A stretch of DNA of 64,000 bases from Leptolyngbyaceae cyanobacterium (GTDB lineage: Bacteria; Cyanobacteriota; Cyanobacteriia; Phormidesmidales; Phormidesmidaceae): contig CBDHHL010000032.1 of NCBI GenBank assembly GCA_965263355.1, forward strand, positions 1,952,001 to 2,016,000, read 5' to 3'. Positions within the stretch are counted from its first letter, which is position 1, and each line of letters begins with the position of its first letter. Shown here piece after piece: positions 50,979 to 60,482 of this stretch. The position numbers and the translations under genes were made by a program. Under the pieces are notes generated by a model, which had not been told where the DNA came from, did not search any database, and saw only the letters and a list, made by a program, of their open reading frames with translations.

Positions 50979-51989
50979 TCAATCTGCTATCAGTTCGCTG
51001 AAGGCAAACGGGATCAGGCACAAGGGCCAGACAAAATACTGTAAGAATAAAACAGAATTAAAATATAGAAAGGCCATCATCGTCATTGCAGATGCCGCAA
51101 AGATACCGACCCTTTCTTTTAGAAAACTGAGGTAGCTCAACCCCATTAACAATAACATTAGCAATTTAGCCTTTAGGCCCACAAGCCATGGGTAGTCTTT
51201 AAAGAGAATGACATCAATGGAGGGCGCACGGTCGATATGGGAATCACCTAAGCGGGTGGCAGAGAATAAAACAGACTTAAAAAAGCCATCGGCATTCCAC
51301 AGGATAAATGGCACAGACGAGACTAATGGCACACTGAGGATAATTAGCAAACCAATAATTAGGTTTTTGCCATACCTGTCCCGTTTTTTCCATAAATAGA
51401 TCAGGTACAGTGGCAATAAAAAGATGGCAATTTGTTTAATGCCTAAGGAGAGGCTAAACAACAGTAATGCTAATCGAGTTTTTTCTCTTAACAGCACTAA
51501 AGAGAGGATTAAGCAGAAAATAGCCGCAAACTCTAAATGATGGACTCGAACAATATAGATGCTCCAACGGCCCAATAAAAGAATGGTAGCAGCGACTATG
51601 CCAAAAATAATTAGCCTGCGCTTTTGAAAGTATTGCAGCGTTAGGCCGATAATCCCCATATGACACACAAAGGCGATGGGTCGCCAAAAATAGAGCCAGT
51701 CGCGATAGGTTAGAAAACCCAGCTTTTGAACCAGGGCAGATAAAAGATAGGCAATGGGAAAATAGGTGGCATATTTATCATTTTCCCTGAGATTACTGGC
51801 CAACACCCGAGCATAGGGATTTTCTCCAGCTAGAATGCGTTTGCCCTCTAACCAGATATAATATATGTCCTGCTCCTGTAGCTGGTCAGCAGGGGTTTGC
51901 CAGAAATGATAGTGAATAAAAAATCCGGCAGATGCCAGTAATAGGAAAATAAACCAAAATTGTTTATCCCATTGAGATAACCCTGACAT
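50979..51989 (-). CDS. Polytopic membrane protein, GT-C-like glycosyltransferase
   Basis: DIYY..GENPY, YATYFP, LGIKQ motifs; many TM helices. Confidence 0.6.
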   Translation of the reverse strand: MSGLSQWDKQFWFIFLLLASAGFFIHYHFWQTPADQLQEQDIYYIWLEGKRILAGENPYARVLASNLRENDKYATYFPIAYLLSALVQKLGFLTYRDWLYFWRPIAFVCHMGIIGLTLQYFQKRRLIIFGIVAATILLLGRWSIYIVRVHHLEFAAIFCLILSLVLLREKTRLALLLFSLSLGIKQIAIFLLPLYLIYLWKKRDRYGKNLIIGLLIILSVPLVSSVPFILWNADGFFKSVLFSATRLGDSHIDRAPSIDVILFKDYPWLVGLKAKLLMLLLMGLSYLSFLKERVGIFAASAMTMMAFLYFNSVLFLQYFVWPLCLIPFAFSELIAD

Positions 51990-52083
51990 AGGCAGATGCT
52001 TTAACTAACCGTCACTGGAAATAAGGCTCCAGTATGACACTAAAATTTGAATACGACAGCTATAGCTGAGACCATCTGGCTAG

Positions 52084-53418
52084 CTAGGAGCCTTGGGTCA
52101 GGACTTTCCACAGAGTGCGGGGATGAAACAAAATGCTAGGTGATCTTGCCATATGGGCTACCTGGATAAAGTCGTTATGGATTTTTGTATCACCATTGGC
52201 GGCTAATACTACCCGATCAAAATATCCTTGTATTTTTCTGGTTAACCAGTTGGGACGTTTGCCGGTGGTCATTTCCCAGCGGAAGTCTTCTCCAGTGGCC
52301 ATCAGCCAGGGAAGTGCTATGGTTTTAGACAATTTTCGCTGGAACCGTAGCGAAAATTCACTGTTTAAGTTGGTTTTAGCACCGGAGTGGCGGCGGCTGT
52401 GGGCATGTAAACAGTTGCCCAACAGGATAGCCCCCAGACTGGCTACGGTCATGCCCTGGCCATAGCTGGGGTTAAAGGCGCAGGCGGCATCCCCTAGAGT
52501 GACTAGCCCGGCGGGCATTGCTTTGAGTTTTTCATAGTGACGCAGACAGTTACTCGTACCGCGATAGCAGTGAATTGGGCTCAAGGGTTTAGCCTGCTGG
52601 ATAACCGTGTAGATAGCGGGGTCTCGTAGGCTTTTAGCGAAGTCTAGAAATTCATTTTCTTGGTTGCCAGGATAGTCTTTTTCAAAGCCACTGAGGGTAA
52701 GCACAAAGCGATTGTTTTCCACTGGATAAATTACACCCCCTCGGCGGGTGTGGCCTGGCTTACTGGCAATGATTATTCCCTCAATGGCGTTCTCTGGGGG
52801 ATAGCTATACCAGCGGGAGGCATAGCCTAAAAATGAGTTGACCTCGGTGGTTTCAATGGGGCCATACCCCAAGTCCATTAACCAGTCTGGCAGTTGAGAA
52901 CGGCGACCTGAGGCATCTATTACCAGGTCTGCCTGTAGGGGAGTGTTGCTACCCGTCGTTTTGCTATTGATGACCACTCCAGTAATGCGGTTGTGGTTAC
53001 CAATTAGGGATTTGGCTTGGGTTTGGTCTTTAAGATTAAAGCCTGGTTGCAGTAATAGTTGCTGCCGCAGATACCATTCCAACAGCAGTCGACTGCAAAT
53101 CAAGCCTTTTAGGTTAGATTTGTGTTGGGGCATCCAGGCCCACATGGTAAGAAATTTCCAGTCGTTGGTCCAGTCGAGAACTTGAGCACCAAGAACAGTG
53201 AGGTCAGTGGTGAGGTTGGGAAAGAGCGACTCTACCAGGTGATATCCGTGGAGGAGGAGGGCGTGAACATGCTGGGCCTGGGGTACACCGGGCCGGATGT
53301 CGGGGCCATCGGGCAGTTGATCCTGCTCCAGCAGGGTAACCTGGTCGAAATGGTCGAGCAGGACTCGGGCGGTCAGGAGACCAGCGATGCTGCCGCCGAT
53401 GACGATAGCTTGGGACAT
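52084..53418 (-). CDS. FAD-dependent monooxygenase
   Basis: VIGGSIAGL, RPGVPQAQHVH, DASGR, GDAACAFNPSYGQGM. Confidence 0.88.
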   Translation of the reverse strand: MSQAIVIGGSIAGLLTARVLLDHFDQVTLLEQDQLPDGPDIRPGVPQAQHVHALLLHGYHLVESLFPNLTTDLTVLGAQVLDWTNDWKFLTMWAWMPQHKSNLKGLICSRLLLEWYLRQQLLLQPGFNLKDQTQAKSLIGNHNRITGVVINSKTTGSNTPLQADLVIDASGRRSQLPDWLMDLGYGPIETTEVNSFLGYASRWYSYPPENAIEGIIIASKPGHTRRGGVIYPVENNRFVLTLSGFEKDYPGNQENEFLDFAKSLRDPAIYTVIQQAKPLSPIHCYRGTSNCLRHYEKLKAMPAGLVTLGDAACAFNPSYGQGMTVASLGAILLGNCLHAHSRRHSGAKTNLNSEFSLRFQRKLSKTIALPWLMATGEDFRWEMTTGKRPNWLTRKIQGYFDRVVLAANGDTKIHNDFIQVAHMARSPSILFHPRTLWKVLTQGS

Positions 53419-53439
53419 GGACGTAGATAGGAAAGGGTG

Positions 53440-53490
53440 AAGGGTGAAGCGTAAAGAGTGACTTTTGATAACTGCTTACGCTTCACCCTT
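53440..53490. terminator. 15-bp-stem hairpin downstream of the DUF4342 gene
   Basis: AAGGGTGAAGCGTAA...TTACGCTTCACCCTT. Confidence 0.5.
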
Positions 53491-53498
53491 GAGTAGGT

Positions 53499-53813
53499 TT
53501 ATGCCCGTCGTTCAACAACTAATGTAAACCGGGCAACTAGCATGCCAACGGATGCGATCGCAACCAGTGGTGCAAAAAATGCCAGACCGACAGCGCCACC
53601 TAAGAGACCAGCCGTTAAGGGAACCTCCAGCAAGACTCGACCTTCAGCATTTTTGATCAAAATCCGGCGAACATTACTCTCATTGATCAGCTCTTGTACT
53701 TTACTAATCAGGTTGTCGCTATTCACCGCAAACTCTTCTGTCGTTGTTTCTGGAGTAGTGTTAGATTCGGGCGGTGTTGAATTTGGAGAAGAAGGATCAT
53801 CAGAGTAGCTCAT
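53499..53813 (-). CDS. DUF4342 protein
   Basis: EEFAVNSDNLISKVQELINESNVRRILIK..GRVLLEVPLTAG. Confidence 0.85.
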   Translation of the reverse strand: MSYSDDPSSPNSTPPESNTTPETTTEEFAVNSDNLISKVQELINESNVRRILIKNAEGRVLLEVPLTAGLLGGAVGLAFFAPLVAIASVGMLVARFTLVVERRA

Positions 53814-53870
53814 GGGTTAATTAACCTAATGTTTAGCAAACGGTATCAAAGGCAAAGGGCGTCAAAGACG

Positions 53871-53910
53871 AACCTGCCCCTTTGATACTCTGTAGAGCAA
53901 GGGGCAGGTT
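53871..53910. terminator. Hairpin downstream of trxA
   Basis: AACCTGCCCCTT...AAGGGGCAGGTT. Confidence 0.5.
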
Positions 53911-53954
53911 GTAATTCTAAGCTTTCTTTTTAGTTTTGCATTGTTGTGCGAGAC

Positions 53955-54290
53955 TTAATCCAAATATTTTTCAAGGGTACTTGACAAGGTGCTCTTGGGT
54001 ACCGCACCAACTACGGTGTCAGCCACCTTACCATCCTTAAAAATTAGCAGTGTAGGAATACTGCGTACACCATAGTCACTGGCGCTTTTAGGATTGTCAT
54101 CTACATTGATTTTAAGCACCTTAACCTGACCTTCGAACATGGTAGCTACCTCATCAACGATGGGTGCCACCATGCGGCAAGGACCGCACCAGGGTGCCCA
54201 AAAGTCCACTAGTACAGGAATATCGCTACCGAGTACATCGTTTTGAAAATCGGCATCTGACACTTCACTTACTAATGTATTTGCAGCCAT
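53955..54290 (-). CDS. trxA: Thioredoxin (m-type, TrxA2-like)
   Basis: [10 protein letters not shown]. Confidence 0.96.
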   Translation of the reverse strand: MAANTLVSEVSDADFQNDVLGSDIPVLVDFWAPWCGPCRMVAPIVDEVATMFEGQVKVLKINVDDNPKSASDYGVRSIPTLLIFKDGKVADTVVGAVPKSTLSSTLEKYLD

Positions 54291-54364
54291 TATTAACCTC
54301 CTGAAAAACCAACACGCCAGTAATACAGTAGCCCTAACCAGAGCAGTCTACATCACCTGATTGT

Positions 54365-54390
54365 TTCAATTATAGTTCTATAAAATTGAA
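54365..54390. promoter_or_regulatory. Candidate RexT operator
   Basis: TTCAAT-N14-ATTGAA inverted repeat between the divergent trxA and rexT. Confidence 0.5.
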
Positions 54391-54447
54391 CTACTGAGGG
54401 ACGGTGATCCGCCCGTTCTTGCCATACCCCCGTGTCATAATGCAGAT

Positions 54448-54777
54448 ATGCGACCAATTTCCCACCCAGATACCAGTCAAATAACCCTGGCAGACGTTCT
54501 GTATGCCCTGGGGGATCCAGTGAGACTAAAAATTGTCAAAACCATCGCCCAAAAGGGTGAGCAAGCTTGTCGCAGCTGCGCTGGTGACGACATTGCTAAG
54601 TCTACGCTATCGCATCATTTCAAGATTCTGCGAGAAGCTGGCATTGTTCATACTGAAAAGGTTGGTACTCAGCATTTGAATTCATTGCGTACGGATGAAC
54701 TAGAGGCAAAGTTTCCGGGCGTTTTAGCAGCGGTGCTGGCAGCAGCCAAGGATATTGAGGTTTGTGATGGCGAGTAG
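54448..54777 (+). CDS. rexT: Redox-sensing ArsR regulator RexT
   Basis: VLYALGDPVRL..KGEQAC..IAKSTLSHHFKILRE..GTQH, C-terminal Cys; divergent from trxA as in Anabaena. Confidence 0.75.
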   Translation: MRPISHPDTSQITLADVLYALGDPVRLKIVKTIAQKGEQACRSCAGDDIAKSTLSHHFKILREAGIVHTEKVGTQHLNSLRTDELEAKFPGVLAAVLAAAKDIEVCDGE

Positions 54778-54801
54778 TGGGCTTCGGCTGCGCTCAGCTA
54801 G

Positions 54802-56082
54802 CTAGCTCTCGACAATAATTGCTCGAAAATCATTCACATTGGTCAATGTGGGTCCGGTGATGACCAATGCGCCAATGGATTCAAAAAAGCTATAGCTATC
54901 GTGGGTATTTAGATATCTCTGGGGATTGTGTCCGGTCTGCCATAGTTCTGGTGTAATCAGGGCTCCAGCATTATTTTCGCTACCGTCGATGCCATCGGTG
55001 TCACAGGCAATGGCGGTGATACCCGGTTCTCCGTTTAAGTAAAGGGCCAGGGCCAGTAAAAATTCGCTATTGCGACCGCCTTTGCCTACAAAGGTTTGTT
55101 GGACGGTAACGGTGGTTTCGCCGCCGGAGAGAATGACGCAGGGGGGGGGCAAGGGCTGTTGATGGCGCTTGACCTGACGAGCGATCGCACCGTGAACCAG
55201 GGCGACATGACGGGCTTCGCCTTCGATGGCATCACTGAGAATTAGGGGGGTATAGCCGTTTGCGATCGCCACCTTAGCGGCTGCTTCCAGGGACTGTTGC
55301 GGGGTGGCAATCAGATGGTTAGTGGTGGTACTCAGCCGCTGATCCTCGGGGGAAATCACCGGGTTAGGATTACGGGTCAGGTAATTGCGAATGTGATGAG
55401 GTATGGTCAGGTGGTAGCGGTCTAAAATTTCCAGGGCATCAGCGGCTGTCGTCGTATCGCCTACGGTGGGACCTGAGGCAATGGCACTCAGGCTATCTCC
55501 GGCCACATCGGAAATAATTAGCGATACGACCTTGGCGGGATAGGCGGCTGCCGATAGCCGTCCCCCTGATGAATCGGATAGGGACTTACGCACCGTATTC
55601 ATGGAGACAATATCGGCCCCGGATGCTAATAGCTGCCGATTAATATCGGCTAAATTGGCCAAACTAATGCCATCGGGTGGCAAGGTAAACAGGGCTGACC
55701 CACCGCCGGAAATTAAACAAATCACTAAGTCATCCGCCGTCAAGGGAGCCACGCGCTGCAAAATCTGACGGGCTCCTTCCATGCCATTTTTATCGGGTAC
55801 GGGATGGCCTGCTTCAACCACGTCAATGGATTGTGTGGGTAATCCGTGGCCGTAGCGGGTAATGACTAGCCCTTCGAGGGGGTCCACATTGCCTGCCTGT
55901 GCCCAGGTATCTTCGACGGCTTTGGCCATGGCGGCGGCAGATTTACCGATACCGACAACGACGACCCGCCCTGTGGGCCTGGTTTTTAGATAGGGCTCAA
56001 GGGCATGGGCTATTTGTTTTTGGGGCATGGCGGCGGCTACGGCAGCATGGAATAGGTCTTGAAGTAACTTGGCGGACGACAT
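54802..56082 (-). CDS. Glycerate kinase (MOFRL family)
   Basis: GIGKSAAAMA, EAGHPVPD, LISGGGSAL, SGGETTV, DTDGIDG, TLTNVND. Confidence 0.9.
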   Translation of the reverse strand: MSSAKLLQDLFHAAVAAAMPQKQIAHALEPYLKTRPTGRVVVVGIGKSAAAMAKAVEDTWAQAGNVDPLEGLVITRYGHGLPTQSIDVVEAGHPVPDKNGMEGARQILQRVAPLTADDLVICLISGGGSALFTLPPDGISLANLADINRQLLASGADIVSMNTVRKSLSDSSGGRLSAAAYPAKVVSLIISDVAGDSLSAIASGPTVGDTTTAADALEILDRYHLTIPHHIRNYLTRNPNPVISPEDQRLSTTTNHLIATPQQSLEAAAKVAIANGYTPLILSDAIEGEARHVALVHGAIARQVKRHQQPLPPPCVILSGGETTVTVQQTFVGKGGRNSEFLLALALYLNGEPGITAIACDTDGIDGSENNAGALITPELWQTGHNPQRYLNTHDSYSFFESIGALVITGPTLTNVNDFRAIIVES

Positions 56083-56269
56083 AGTCTGGGTGGGCAATGC
56101 GATGGGTAGGGTGGAGAGCATGGCCTGATTGCTAAGTAATTACTATAAACCTTGTCCATGGCCAGACCTGTAGTTTTGCCGTAGCGGCAACGACAGGTTT
56201 TAACTTGGCCATGGTTGAAGCGGGCTTTGGTGTCATCGATAGGCCATGATGAGCAAAATGTTCCGAGTT

Positions 56270-56315
56270 TTTGTTGTAGTAGGGGCATTGCCTGCAATGC
56301 CCCTACTACAACAAA
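56270..56315. repeat. Perfect 22-bp-arm palindrome, GTAG-type REP-like
   Basis: TTTGTTGTAGTAGGGGCATTGC-CT-GCAATGCCCCTACTACAACAAA. Confidence 0.8.
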
Positions 56316-56371
56316 TCACGTTAGTGTTGATAATAGCTTTAGGGATCAATTGACTGGAGAAACCCAAAACG

Positions 56372-57613
56372 GTGTTTGACATATTAGTTATCGGTGCCGG
56401 ACCTGCCGCCCTGATTATGGCCGCTGCATTAGCCCCCCATGGGGTCTCCCTTCACGGTCTGGCCCCAACGTCACCCGAAACTCCCTGGGAAAATACCTAT
56501 GGCATTTGGTGTGATGAGCTAGACACCCTGGGGCTGAGCGACCTATTGGGCCATCGCTGGCAAAAGACAGTCAGCTACTTTGGTCAGGCCGCTGCCACGG
56601 CCCCCACCCGTCACCACCGTGACTACGGTCTGTTTGATAAACATAGGCTACAGCAGCATTTGCTAAGCCAGCTGTCAGCCATGACCTGGCACCAGGGTCA
56701 GGCGGCATCAATAACCCATACCGATGCCCATAGCTGTGTGACCACCACCGATGGACAAGACCTAACGGCAAAACTAGTCATTGATGCTACCGGCCATAAA
56801 GCAGCTTTGGTACAGCGGCTGCCTAAAAACGCGGCTATTGCCTATCAAGTGGCCTATGGCATTGTGGGTAAATTTTCTAAACCCCCCGTAGCCTCGGGAC
56901 AGTTTTCGCTAATGGACTACCGGGCCGAGCACCTCTCGGCAGAGCAGTTGGCGGGACCCCCCACATTTCTCTATGCGATGGATCTAGGGCAGGACCTGTA
57001 CTTTGTGGAAGAAACCTCCCTGGCCCTGGCCCCAGCGATGGCCTACGACACCCTAAAACAACGGCTGCAGCAACGCCTCAGTCTGGACGGTGTCACGGTC
57101 AGCGAAATCCACCATACGGAATATTGTTTGTTTCCGATGAATTTGCCGCTGCCGGATTTAAACCAGCGGGTACTGGGCTTTGGCGGGGCGGCCAGTATGG
57201 TGCATCCGGCCACCGGGTTTATGGTGGGGGCGATGCTGCGACGGGCTCCGGCGGTGGCGGTGGCGATCGCAAACTCTATTGCCAATGGAGATGGGGGGGG
57301 TGCGATCGCCAAAGCAGGCTGGCAAACCCTATGGACCCCAGAGCGTCTACGCAAACACCACATTTATCAATTTGGCTTAGAAACCCTGATGCGCTTTAAT
57401 CATCGCGAGCTATGCCAATTTTTTGACAGCTTCTTCAAACTACCCCAGGCAAAATGGGCAGGTTTTTTAGCCGACACCCTATCACCGTTTGAGCTGGTCA
57501 TGGCCATGATCACCATGTTTAGCCAAACCACAAACCCCGTACGTGTTGGCCTAATGGGAGGTGTCGGCACTGACGGACAGCTGTTATTAAAATCACTCAC
57601 CGGTAAAGCCTAG
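56372..57613 (+). CDS. crtL: CrtL-type lycopene cyclase
   Basis: DILVIGAGPA, WENTYGIWCDEL, LMDYR, PTFLYAMD, FVEETSL, GGAASMVHPATG. Confidence 0.88.
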   Translation: MFDILVIGAGPAALIMAAALAPHGVSLHGLAPTSPETPWENTYGIWCDELDTLGLSDLLGHRWQKTVSYFGQAAATAPTRHHRDYGLFDKHRLQQHLLSQLSAMTWHQGQAASITHTDAHSCVTTTDGQDLTAKLVIDATGHKAALVQRLPKNAAIAYQVAYGIVGKFSKPPVASGQFSLMDYRAEHLSAEQLAGPPTFLYAMDLGQDLYFVEETSLALAPAMAYDTLKQRLQQRLSLDGVTVSEIHHTEYCLFPMNLPLPDLNQRVLGFGGAASMVHPATGFMVGAMLRRAPAVAVAIANSIANGDGGGAIAKAGWQTLWTPERLRKHHIYQFGLETLMRFNHRELCQFFDSFFKLPQAKWAGFLADTLSPFELVMAMITMFSQTTNPVRVGLMGGVGTDGQLLLKSLTGKA

Positions 57614-57832
57614 TGGTCTGTCAAGATATAGTAGCCTTAAGCAATATCGGGAAAATTAGGAGAAACAATACCGTATCTCCATCAATAACTCATAATTTTG
57701 TAAGTTTTTGACCTGAGGGAACCAATTCCCCACGCTTTTTGGGCATTCTAAACATATCAAGTTTTTTTGATTCCCTGTTTATCGTCACGGCCTTAAACCC
57801 ATTTCAGCTCCAGCCATCACCGTAGCCTGTCC

Positions 57833-58270
57833 GTGATTCGAATCCTACCTCGCTCACCACACCTACCAGCTGATCAGCCCACCTGTCATATTTTGGTCGT
57901 GGATGACCATCCCGTAAACCGTACCCTTTTAGTCCGCCTACTGCGGCGTAGTGGGTTTACCGTTAGTCAAGCTGTCAACGGCTCCGATGCTTTTGCCCTC
58001 TGGCAACAATGGCAGCCCCAGTTAATATTGATGGATTTATGCATGCCTGGTGTAGATGGTCGTGAAGCCACCCGTCTGATTCGAGCTGCGGAAAACGAGA
58101 GCCACCAACCCCCAACAAAAATCATTGCCCTGACCGCTGACACATTACCTACCTTTTCCCACCAAGCCCATGCCGTTGGGTTCGATAGCATTATCACCAA
58201 ACCGATTCGCCCCGATATCATCTTTGAGCTAATCGCCAACTATCTGGACCTGCACTACGTTTACATATGA
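57833..58270 (+). CDS. Single-domain response regulator
   Basis: ILVVDDHPVN, LILMDLCMP, IIALTA, TKP. Confidence 0.88.
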   Translation: MIRILPRSPHLPADQPTCHILVVDDHPVNRTLLVRLLRRSGFTVSQAVNGSDAFALWQQWQPQLILMDLCMPGVDGREATRLIRAAENESHQPPTKIIALTADTLPTFSHQAHAVGFDSIITKPIRPDIIFELIANYLDLHYVYI

Positions 58271-58434
58271 ACTTTTCCTGGGATGTGGTTTATGAACTAA
58301 CCATAAACTCAACCTAGTTATTGTTAAACCAGAGTCTGATTGCGTATTCCATAACACAAAACTCGTGGATTTCCATCCATCCGGTTCCGCAGAATGCGAA
58401 AATACCCCTTGATTACGCACAAGGGAGATACGAC

Positions 58435-60336
58435 ATGGCTGCATTTCCAATTGACTTAGGCGCTTACCAGCGCATCAGCCTTGATCCGTCCACATCGACG
58501 CTGACCGATGAGCAGCGCGAGGCGATCAAAGCAAATATTCAACTTTGCCGTGATGCCATTGTTTTCTTTACCGCCACGGGTGCTGCACGGGGTGTTGGCG
58601 GTCACACGGGTGGCCCCTACGATACCGTTCCTGAAGTGATGCTTCTGGATGCCATCTTTCGAGGTGCCCCTGACAGCTATGTTCCCACCTTCTTTGATGA
58701 AGCTGGACACCGCGTAGGGACTCAATATTTAATGTCTACGCTCAATGGTGACTTGCCTGCTGAGCAGTTGATGAACTACCGTGCCGCTGGTTCCCACCTG
58801 CCTGGACACCCTGAGCTTGGTCTTACACCCGGTGTGAAATTTAGCTCCGGTCGTCTGGGTCACATGTGGCCCTATGTTAACGGCGTTGCCCTGGCTAACC
58901 CTGGCAAAACAGTCTTCTGTCTCGGTTCTGACGGCTCTCAGCAAGAAGGTAACGACGCTGAAGCGGCCCGTCTAGCCGTAGCGCAACACATCAATGTCAA
59001 GCTGATCATTGATGATAATGATGTCACCATTGCCGGTAATCCTTCCAAGTATCTTCCCGGCTACAGTGTGAAGAAGACTCTCGAAGGCCACGGCCTTAAG
59101 GTACTAGAGTGCAACGGTGAAGATATCGATGCGCTATATACCAACATCTGCGAAGCCATCAATACGCCTGGCCCCATCGCCGTTATCCTCAAGCGCCCCA
59201 TGTGCCCTGGCATTGAAGGTCTAGAGGGCTCCAACCACGGTCACGATGTGATTTCTGTTCCTGCAGCGGTTACCTATCTAGAAGCCCGCGGTCATCAGGC
59301 AGCAGCCGATATTCTTAAGAATACTGAAAAGCCCAAGAACCCCAATACTTACACTGGCTCTACCGACAAGTTTGATGCCAACCGTAAGGTCTTTGGTGCC
59401 GCTGTTGTGGATATGCTCGCTGGTATGGGTGAAGAAGAGCGCAAGCACAGTGTTCTTGTCGTAGACAGTGACCTGGAGGGTTCCTGTGGTTTGAACACTA
59501 TCCGTGAGGCTCACCCAGAAATCTTTATCAGTGGTGGTATTCAAGAGCGGGGTAACCTGTCCGCTGCCGCTGGTTTTGGGATGGAAAAAGGCAAACAGGG
59601 TATTTTTGCCACCTTTAGTGCGTTCTTGGAAATGTGTATTTCTGAGATCACCATGGCTCGTCTAAACTATTCCAACCTGTTGTGTCACTTCTCCCATGCA
59701 GGGATTGATGACATGGCTGACAACACTTGCCACTTCGGTATGAACAACCTGTTCGCCGACAATGGTTTGGATGACAGTCACCCCACTAATATTTACTTCC
59801 CTGCTGATGCCAACCAGATGCGTGCCTGCGTGAAGTCAATCTTCAATGATCCAGGACTACGCTTTATCTTCTCGACCCGTGCAAAGGTCCCCATGATTTT
59901 GGATACTGACGGCAATGAGATGTTTGCCGGGGATTACGCCTTTACCTCTGGTAAAGACGACATCGTGCGTGAGGGTACTGCGGGTTATGTGGTTTCCTTT
60001 GGTGCTGCCCTCTATCGTGCTCTCGATGCAGTTGAGAAACTCAAGGCTGAAGGCATTGACGTGGGCCTAATCAATAAGGGTACTCTGAATGTCGTAGATG
60101 AAGAGGCCATCGCTAAGTTTGGTGGATCTCCCATGGTGTTGGTTGTGGAAGCCTTTAACCGTCGTACTGGTTTGGGTAGCCGCATGGGGTCCTGGCTGCT
60201 AGAACGTGGGTTGACTCCCAAGTATGGTTACCTCGGTACCCACATCGAAGGTGGTGGCGGTCTTTGGGAACAGTTCCCTCACCAGGGGATTGATTCTGAT
60301 GGCATTGTTGCCAAAGTAAAAGAGATGCTGGGTTAA
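58435..60336 (+). CDS. Divergent transketolase-like ThDP enzyme
   Basis: AAGGGAG RBS; GGHTGG, LPGHPE, SSGRLG, GSDGSQQEG..DDN, GIQE. Confidence 0.8.
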   Translation: MAAFPIDLGAYQRISLDPSTSTLTDEQREAIKANIQLCRDAIVFFTATGAARGVGGHTGGPYDTVPEVMLLDAIFRGAPDSYVPTFFDEAGHRVGTQYLMSTLNGDLPAEQLMNYRAAGSHLPGHPELGLTPGVKFSSGRLGHMWPYVNGVALANPGKTVFCLGSDGSQQEGNDAEAARLAVAQHINVKLIIDDNDVTIAGNPSKYLPGYSVKKTLEGHGLKVLECNGEDIDALYTNICEAINTPGPIAVILKRPMCPGIEGLEGSNHGHDVISVPAAVTYLEARGHQAAADILKNTEKPKNPNTYTGSTDKFDANRKVFGAAVVDMLAGMGEEERKHSVLVVDSDLEGSCGLNTIREAHPEIFISGGIQERGNLSAAAGFGMEKGKQGIFATFSAFLEMCISEITMARLNYSNLLCHFSHAGIDDMADNTCHFGMNNLFADNGLDDSHPTNIYFPADANQMRACVKSIFNDPGLRFIFSTRAKVPMILDTDGNEMFAGDYAFTSGKDDIVREGTAGYVVSFGAALYRALDAVEKLKAEGIDVGLINKGTLNVVDEEAIAKFGGSPMVLVVEAFNRRTGLGSRMGSWLLERGLTPKYGYLGTHIEGGGGLWEQFPHQGIDSDGIVAKVKEMLG

Positions 60337-60368
60337 TGCAGTAAAAAGTCTCTCAAATCCTTTTTAAT

Positions 60369-60405
60369 AAAAGCGACAGAGCCTCGTAAGACTCTGTCGC
60401 TTTTT
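60369..60405 (+). terminator. Bidirectional rho-independent terminator
   Basis: AAAAGCGACAGAG-N10-CTCTGTCGCTTTTT between convergent genes. Confidence 0.85.
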
Positions 60406-60482
60406 GTTTAGGTTAGTGACAATCTAGTGGTTAGAAGAATTCAGCGATGAATCACAGTGTGATAACACAGTAAAATAAATTC

